DNA of 32,204 bases, taken from assembly GCF_006345805.1 (NCBI RefSeq), contig NW_021832795.1, positions 1 through 32,204 on the forward strand, in the 5' to 3' direction. This stretch comes from Octopus sinensis (lineage: Eukaryota). Each line of letters begins with the position of its first letter. The stretch's first letter is position 1. Shown here piece by piece: positions 25,133-32,204 of the stretch. The position numbers and the translations under genes were made by a program. The notes below the pieces were generated by a model. The model made no database searches and had not been told where the DNA came from. It saw only the letters and a program-made list of their open reading frames with translations.

Positions 25133-25361
25133 TAATATAATATATATATATACATATGTATGTATGTATGTATGTATTTTCGTATGCATTTATAAAGTAT
25201 CTCTGTATATCATTTTTGTTTATTGTTTAGAATATGAAATATATTTTCAGCTATATTTTGTGACATTTTCCTTTGTGTGTCTTTGTTTATTTGTTCTTAG
25301 CCTTTATGCAAATACATATATATGTATATATCTATACATGAATACACATGTACATACGTAC

Positions 25362-25406
<45 letters not shown>

Positions 25407-25822
25407 ATATCTATATATATTATGTATATAAATACACACACACACATATATGTATATATATGCACACACTCACACACATGCAAAATCTCTCTCTGTCTCT
25501 TTATTTCCTTTATCGCTCCGCACACACACACACACACACTCTCTCTCTATATATACATATATGTATATATATATATGCACATATATATGTATATACATAT
25601 ATATATATGTATACATCTATCTATATAATACATACATATACATACATAGATACATACATTCATACATACATATATATAATATATATATACTATATATATT
25701 AGATATATATATTATATATATATATGTATATATATAATATACGTATGTATATATATTATATACGTATGTATATATATATATATATATACATACTTATATA
25801 TATATATGTATATATACATATA
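25090..25822. repeat. (TA)n-rich compound microsatellite region
   Basis: Direct reading. Confidence 0.9.
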
Positions 25823-26022
25823 TGAAATTCTTACTCTTTCTCTCTTTATTCTTTAGATCAGAGATGAATGGAGTAAAAGCAAAGGATCGGTTAGGAGGCA
25901 TTAGAGGTTTGAAAAATGGTAGATGGATGGTGGGCTGTGAAGTTGGTAGTGGTAAACGCTGGTGAGGATAGAGTCGAAACATAAATGTAAAATAGCAAAC
26001 CTTTGAAGTTTATCCTACTTCA

Positions 26023-26024
26023 TG

Positions 26025-26072
<48 letters not shown>

Positions 26073-26125
26073 TTATATTATTATTATTATTATTGTTATT
26101 ATTATCATCATCATCATCAACATTA
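26023..26125. repeat. (ATT)n-(ATC)n microsatellite
   Basis: Direct reading. Confidence 0.96.
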
Positions 26126-26544
26126 TTATCTTTTTGCTTGCTCTCTCATTTCCCCTCCCCACATTTTTTTCTGTTCTTTTCTTTTTTTTTTTTTTTTTTT
26201 TGTGTATTTCTGCCGGTCGCGTTTGATACTACATAGAGTCGTTGTGAATATTTTTCCAAACTCTCTGCCAAACAATTATAGAACTATTCAAATGTAAGGA
26301 CTTGGCTTTCCACTTAGTCATCACCATCATTCGATGCAGAAATCAAAATGATTTCATTGCGATATTGTGTGTTTGTCTTTTTTTCGTTCTTTCTGTGTGT
26401 GTGAAAGTTTGTGATGCGATGTCGTGTATTCGTGTATGTGTGTGTTTGTGCTTGTGTATGTGTTTGTGTTTTTCCATTTATTTTACTTATGTAACTTTAT
26501 AGTGTTTATTATTTTGACATATATTTCTCTTTTTTCCTGCAACT

Positions 26545-26556
26545 TTATTATTATTA

Positions 26557-26592
<36 letters not shown>

Positions 26593-26747
26593 TATTATTA
26601 TTATTATTATTATCATTATTATTATTATTATTATCATCATCATCATCAACATCAACATCATTATTATTATTATTATTATCATTATTATTATTATTATCAT
26701 CATCATCATCATCATCATCATCATTATTATTATTATTATTATTATTA

Positions 26748-26781
<34 letters not shown>

Positions 26782-26810
26782 CATCATCATCATCATCATC
26801 ATCATCATGA

Positions 26811-26858
<48 letters not shown>

Positions 26859-27085
26859 TATATTATCATTATTATTATTATTATTATTATCATTATTAAT
26901 ATTATTATTATCATCATCATCATCAACATCATCATTATTATTATTATTATTATCAATTATTATTATTATTATAATCATCATCATTGATCATCATCATCAT
27001 CATCTCATCATCATCATCATATTATTATTATATTATTATTATTATATTATTATTATTATTTTATTATTATTATCATTATCATATT
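26545..27085. repeat. Long compound (ATT)n/(ATC)n microsatellite, about 540 bp
   Basis: Direct reading. Source of the poly-I/M and poly-L/S ORFs. Confidence 0.97.
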
Positions 27086-27487
27086 TTAGTGGAAGTAGTT
27101 AGGTTGTTCTAATATTAGGAGTAGTGACAGCAGCAGAACTAGAAGCATTAGTAGTTGTAGATAATGTAGTGGTAGTAGTACCGGAGTTGTGATAGTACAA
27201 ATACAGTAAATTAAAAACATATACTATATATTTCAATTCAATATTTCCATGTATATTTATATCATTATAATTGTTATTATTATAAATCATAGTATTGTTG
27301 CCATCTCTATATAGCCAAGATGACGCTTCAAAATTGCATGTAGATTCTTGCTTGTTTGTAATATACCTTCAAAAGCCTTCTATTAAGATTCTGTTCCATT
27401 ATTCTAATCTGCCCCAAAACCCTGGAGCACGTCAGTTCCTTTTTTTCCTTCGTGTTTTGGCATATAAATTTTTGATTCCTATATATG

Positions 27488-27524
<37 letters not shown>

Positions 27525-27526
27525 CA

Positions 27527-27561
<35 letters not shown>

Positions 27562-27570
27562 ATGTATGTA

Positions 27571-27622
<52 letters not shown>

Positions 27623-27879
27623 ATATATTTATATATGTATGTATGTATATAGAATATGGTGGTTTAGTTACGCTAGATAGTGCTGTAACGGGATATCAGG
27701 GCTCCAAGCTCGCAACCCCGACTGGAGTTGTGGAACCATTTTCGGGTTCCAATATAGCAGATATATATTTGTGAAATACCTCAACTAATTTAAGAATAAT
27801 AATGTATATGACTTGAGATGATTGCTATGACTCTTTCACAAGGACACCGCCAATCTAATTACTTTTTCAATGACCGATC

Positions 27880-28030
27880 TTATGTGATCTGATTTTGGTG
27901 AAGGAAGGTGTGCAACACTGCTGCCCTATTTTGAGTCTCCTGCCTTGATACAAGACCATCCGGGACCTTGGATAGATGGAAGTGAATTTGTTTCTTGAAA
28001 ACATCCACCGCTACTCCGTGAAGATCCTTA
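27880..28030 (-). mobile_element. Decayed LINE ORF2 C-terminus (CR1/L2-group-like)
   Basis: Minus ORF segment KDLHGVAVDVFKKQIHFHLSKVPDGLVSRQETQNRAAVLHTFLHQ resembles the L..L.G..VD.FK..LD..L..VPD...R...RAA..N.L.HQ end of invertebrate CR1/L2-group ORF2 proteins. Recalled pattern, not searched. Confidence 0.6.
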
Positions 28031-28395
28031 TTTCTATATTTATATAAATGTAAAATATAACGCGTCTTGAATGGCACAGCAATGCAGAGTGGATTATGAT
28101 AACTTTTTATAATTTAATTATCCATAGTCAGATATAATAATAATATTTCAGAATACAAAAATATATTCTTCAGATATTGCTACAAATTGATCAAGTCACT
28201 GCTATACATTTGACGTCGCATGTAAAGATCATTTGTCAAGAGGAAGTGGATAAAAACTGACCCGAAAACACACAGAAAGACGAATGGGTGCGCGCATGTA
28301 CTTACACGCACTCACACACATACATACACACACACACACGTATATGAACACACACGCACACGCGTATATAAACAAACACACGCACATATATACAT

Positions 28396-28549
28396 ACGGC
28401 GGAATTCTTTAAGTTTTCGTCTACTAAATCCAGTCACAAGTCTTTGACTGTGCCAAACACATAGCAAAAAACACTAGCCCAAGATGCCACGCTGTCGGAC
28501 TGAACCAGAAACTATATAGTTAGGAAGCAGACATCTTACAACACAACCA
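28396..28549 (-). mobile_element. Diverged family-A SINE, 5' half only
   Basis: Colinear with the reverse complement of 30929-31092 (ctttaagttttcgtctactaaatccagtcacaag...cccaagatgccacgctgtcggactgaacc). Confidence 0.8.
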
Positions 28550-28604
28550 TATATGTGTGTGTGTGTTTGTGTCTCTATGTCTGTCTGTCTATCTTTCTAT
28601 CTAT

Positions 28605-28690
<86 letters not shown>

Positions 28691-28714
28691 GTCTGTCTGT
28701 CTGTCCGTTTGTCC

Positions 28715-28752
<38 letters not shown>

Positions 28753-28791
28753 TTATCTATATATCTATCTATCTGTCTATCTATCTATCTG

Positions 28792-28835
<44 letters not shown>
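28550..28835. repeat. (TG)n-(TATC)n-(TGTC)n-(TATC)n compound microsatellite
   Basis: Direct reading. Confidence 0.97.
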
Positions 28836-28836
<1 letters not shown>

Positions 28837-29270
28837 TTGTTACTCGTTTTTGTCATTAGAATGTGGTCATGCAGTGGCAACGCCTTGAGGAACACTGCCT
28901 TGTAGCCATTTTGGGACAATAAACATTGTATCGGTCTCTGTTGTTGAATCGCTGGATTAAGTGGACGCAAACACACCCATATCGGTTGTCAAGCGGTACT
29001 GGGGAAGAAACACATACACAAACATACACACAGAAAACCCCCCCCCCACACACACAAAACACTCACACACACACAAACACACTTAAATACATACATGCAC
29101 ACACACAGACACACACACACACACACGCACAACAACAACGCGCATGTATGCGATAATCTTTCAGCTTCTGTCTACGAAATTCACTCACAAGGAATCGATC
29201 TACACGAGAACATAGCAGAAGACACTGGTCCAAGGTGTCACAGAGTTGGACTGAACTGAGGGAACATCCA
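28836..29270 (-). mobile_element. Diverged family-A SINE with internal (CA)n
   Basis: Tail remnant (tgtcattagaatgtggtcatgc...tatcggtctct...atcggttgtcaagcg) and head remnant (ctttcagcttctgtctacgaaattcactcacaagg...gaagacactggtccaaggtgtcac...ggactgaac). Confidence 0.8.
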
Positions 29271-29530
29271 TTTTACCAAATGAGATGTAAAGAACTCAAA
29301 TTTGGTGAATTTCATTTTCATTCGTCTCTTCACTCAATCTTCACCCTTCATATTTTCTTCCGCCTAATCATTATCAATTTCATCGCCGTTACCGTCTCCT
29401 CCTCCTCCTCCCCCTCCTCCCCTCCCCCTCCCCTTCTCCTCCTCATCGTCAGCAATTGTAGTGGAATGGACCAAATATATATATATATATAATATATACA
29501 TATATACATATATATACATACACATGTGTG

Positions 29531-29591
<61 letters not shown>

Positions 29592-29607
29592 ATCTATCTA
29601 TATATTT

Positions 29608-29639
<32 letters not shown>

Positions 29640-29675
29640 ATATATATATATATATATACATATATGCACGCATGC

Positions 29676-29833
29676 ACGCAACGGGCTTCTTTCAGTTTTT
29701 GTCTATCAAATCCGGTCGCAAGTCTTTTGACCATCCCAAAGATATGGCAAAAGACACTGGCCCAAGATGCCACATAATGGGACTGAACCTAGAACCATAT
29801 CGTTGGGAGGCAAACGTCTCACCACGTAGCCAT
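29676..29833 (-). mobile_element. Diverged family-A SINE, 5' half only
   Basis: acgggcttctttcagtttttgtctatcaaatcc...aagacactggcccaagatgccac...gggactgaacctagaaccat matches the reverse complement of the 30929 head. Confidence 0.85.
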
Positions 29834-29847
29834 ATGTGTATGCGTGA

Positions 29848-29885
<38 letters not shown>

Positions 29886-30036
29886 TGTGTGCACGCATGC
29901 GAATATATATGTATGTATGTATGTATGTGTTATGTATGTATTGTACTTGGGCATGTATGTATGTGTTTATACTACAGACTGGCACTGAATTTATTATCTA
30001 TCTATCTATCTATCTCTATCTCTCTCTCTCTCTCTA

Positions 30037-30068
<32 letters not shown>

Positions 30069-30075
30069 CTATGAT

Positions 30076-30112
<37 letters not shown>

Positions 30113-30124
30113 ATATATATATAG

Positions 30125-30156
<32 letters not shown>

Positions 30157-30486
30157 TTATAGATAATATATATATGAGAACGACGAAGATAATAATGCGA
30201 AGGAGTAGGGCCAGGACCACGATTATGATGTGGATGATGATGAATACGATAATAAGAACGTTTGAAAAGTGAAAAATATCTCAAAGGCAGAAAAGAACAT
30301 CAACACTGGGGATAATAACAGCAGCAACAACAACAACAACAACAACAACAACAACCTTAGCAAATGCGTCAACGTTATTATTTCAAGTTTGACAAAACGT
30401 TAAATATCAGACAGCTGCATATTGGAATTCAATAGCAAACAGAAGTATTGTAACAACGTCAACGCAGTCAATAAATAATCTTTTCT

Positions 30487-30678
30487 ACTATAGGTACAAG
30501 ACCGGGAATCTGTGGGGAGGGGATTAGTCTATTACATGGACCCCAGTGGCTCACATGGTACTGAATTTATCGAACTCGACATGATGAAAAGTCGACCTTG
30601 GCGGAGAAAGTAGCGACAGTCCGAAATACTGCTAAGCATTTCGTCCAGCGTGCTGACGATTCTGCCAGCTCACCACCT
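30487..30678 (-). mobile_element. Diverged family-B SINE
   Basis: Reverse complement begins ggtggtgagctggcagaatcgtcagcacgctggacgaaatgcttagcag and continues gtcgacttttcatc...ctggggtccatgtaatagactaatcccc. Confidence 0.8.
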
Positions 30679-30681
30679 TAC

Positions 30682-30683
<2 letters not shown>

Positions 30684-30742
<59 letters not shown>

Positions 30743-30762
30743 TAATAATAATAATAATAATA
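30684..30762. repeat. (TAA)n microsatellite
   Basis: Direct reading. Confidence 0.97.
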
Positions 30763-32106
30763 AGAGCACTGAGAGCGCAGACATCCGCGAAGGCAACACT
30801 GATGTGCTCTAGAGATGAGTTTTAAAATGAGGATATCTGAAATAAACTCGATTGCTTTCACAAATAACAATATGAAAAATGAAGCCGACCGCTCTCGAAA
30901 ATTAAGTAAAAAAAAATATATATATATAGGCGCAGGAGTGACTGTGTGGTAAGTAGCTTGTTTACCAACCACATGGTTCCGGGTTCAGTCCCACTGCGTG
31001 GCAGCTTGGGCAAGTGTCTTCTACTATAGCCTCGGGCCGACCAAAGCCTTGTGAGTGGATTTGGTAGACAGAAACTGAAAGAAGCCCGTCGTATATATGT
31101 ATATATATATGCGTGTGTGTGTTTGCGTGTCTGTGTTTGTCCCCCTAGCGCATTGCTTGACAACCGATGCTGGTGTGTTTATGTCCCTGTTACTTAGCGG
31201 TTCGGCAAAAAGAGACCGATAGAATAAGTACTGGACTTACAAAAGAATAAGTCCCGGGGTCGATTTGCTCGATTAAAGGCGGTGCTCCAACATGGCCGCA
31301 GTCAAATGACTGAAACAAGTAAAAGAGTAAAAAAAAAGAGTAAAAGAGTATATACGGGAAAATTATCCAGAATCCTTGTCCAGTATCTGATCGATTCTAA
31401 TGGTAGTCGTAGAATGTGAAGGTAGCTGTTGAAAATTTAATAGCAGTAATAAATAGTCTATCCTTATCTAATACAAACCAAAGTTAACAAATTCACCATT
31501 CAAAATAGTTTCAAAAGCGGAGACAATAATAATAAGTTTTACTCAGGAAGTTTTAAATGAATAGCATGAGACCTTTTGGTTTTCGCTTCTCTTAAATTTC
31601 ATCCTTGTTTTAGTATTCCTGTTGTTTTAGATCGATATATAGATGTATGCATATATGTAAGTATACTGTAAAGTGTTAATATGTATATATAATATATGTC
31701 TTATAAAAATATGTTAGTGTTATTTAACTTCTGAAGGATTTTGCTGTCATTTGTTTATGTAGTTTGATTTCTTTACCCATCAATTTCTACTAAGATAGAG
31801 ATTCGAGTAAATTAATTATAGAGAAACGAAAATAAAAGTTTGGAAACAGCCAAAAGGGAGATAATTGAGAAAGACTTGAAAGTCAACGTAAGATCGTAAT
31901 CACGTAAAGTAAATATAACAAATAATCCAGAATCCTTGTCCGGTGCGAGATCGATCCTAAAATCTAATCAGTTCATGCCAGTCATGAGGCCGAACTTCCC
32001 CGAAAGTTTCATCTGAATCTATCCAGCCGTTCTTGAGATATCTTGTCAACGGACAAACAAACACGAGAGATAACAATACCTCCATCTTCGCTAAGGCGGA
32101 GGTAAT
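30761..32106 (-). mobile_element. DINE-1/Helentron-like non-autonomous rolling-circle element(s), interrupted
   Basis: Terminal hairpin TACCTCCATCTT-CGCT-AAGGCGGAGGTA (32077-32104), adjacent (CAAA)n-like tract and gttcttgagatatc core. Degenerate inverted sub-terminal repeat ACATCCGCG (30781) vs GGCGGAGGT (32095). Small terminal stem-loop at 30766-30778 abuts an (AAT)n tract, i.e. a TT target on the minus strand. The architecture matches DINE-1/HINE elements. Confidence 0.68.
30929..31350 (+). mobile_element. Full-length family-A tRNA-derived SINE inserted into the Helentron-like element
   Basis: A-box-like TGACTGTGTGG (30939), B-box-like GGTTCAGTCC (30982), central domain ccttgtgagtggatttggtagacagaaactgaaagaagcccgtcgtata, internal (TA)(TG) microsatellite and (AAAAGAGT)n tail, with TATA on both flanks. 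Confidence 0.95.
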
Positions 32107-32204
32107 AATCACGAGCCGGGATTGTGGGGCGGCATCATAGCGATATGTGGAGAGAGGAATTATTTGGGGTTTGAATAAATCACCTCTGGAAACATGGGTG
32201 TTTT

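Noticed and set aside
27835-27855. Possible shared 3' tail (GGCGGTG) between the LINE remnant and family-A SINEs
   Set aside because: Only 7 nt match in this decayed copy, too little to claim a SINE-LINE partnership without consensus sequences.

Overview
This is a eukaryotic, very AT-rich, microsatellite-saturated window, most likely an intron or intergenic region of an octopod cephalopod (Octopus-type) genome. That assignment is inferred from the SINE families I recognise and the extreme (TA)n/(CA)n/(TATC)n load. No intact protein-coding gene is recognisable, and almost all long ORFs in the track are translations of simple repeats. Supported content: (i) a decayed ~1.3-kb Himar1/irritans-like mariner transposon (21061-22363, minus); (ii) about ten SINE copies from three tRNA-derived families, including a very young one with a perfect 13-bp target-site duplication (20335-20720) and a full-length one (30929-31350); (iii) a DINE-1/Helentron-like non-autonomous rolling-circle element (30761-32106) interrupted by that full-length SINE; (iv) short LINE 3' remnants; (v) two near-perfect fold-back palindromes (827-1188 and 1627-1735); (vi) a small GC-rich motif cluster that may be a promoter (16994-17150) and a few unconfirmed exon-like segments. 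I found no convincing new biological system. The most unusual items are the fold-back centred on a LINE-like tail, the nested Helentron-like/SINE structure and the candidate promoter. Family names come from memory of repeat consensus sequences and need a database check.
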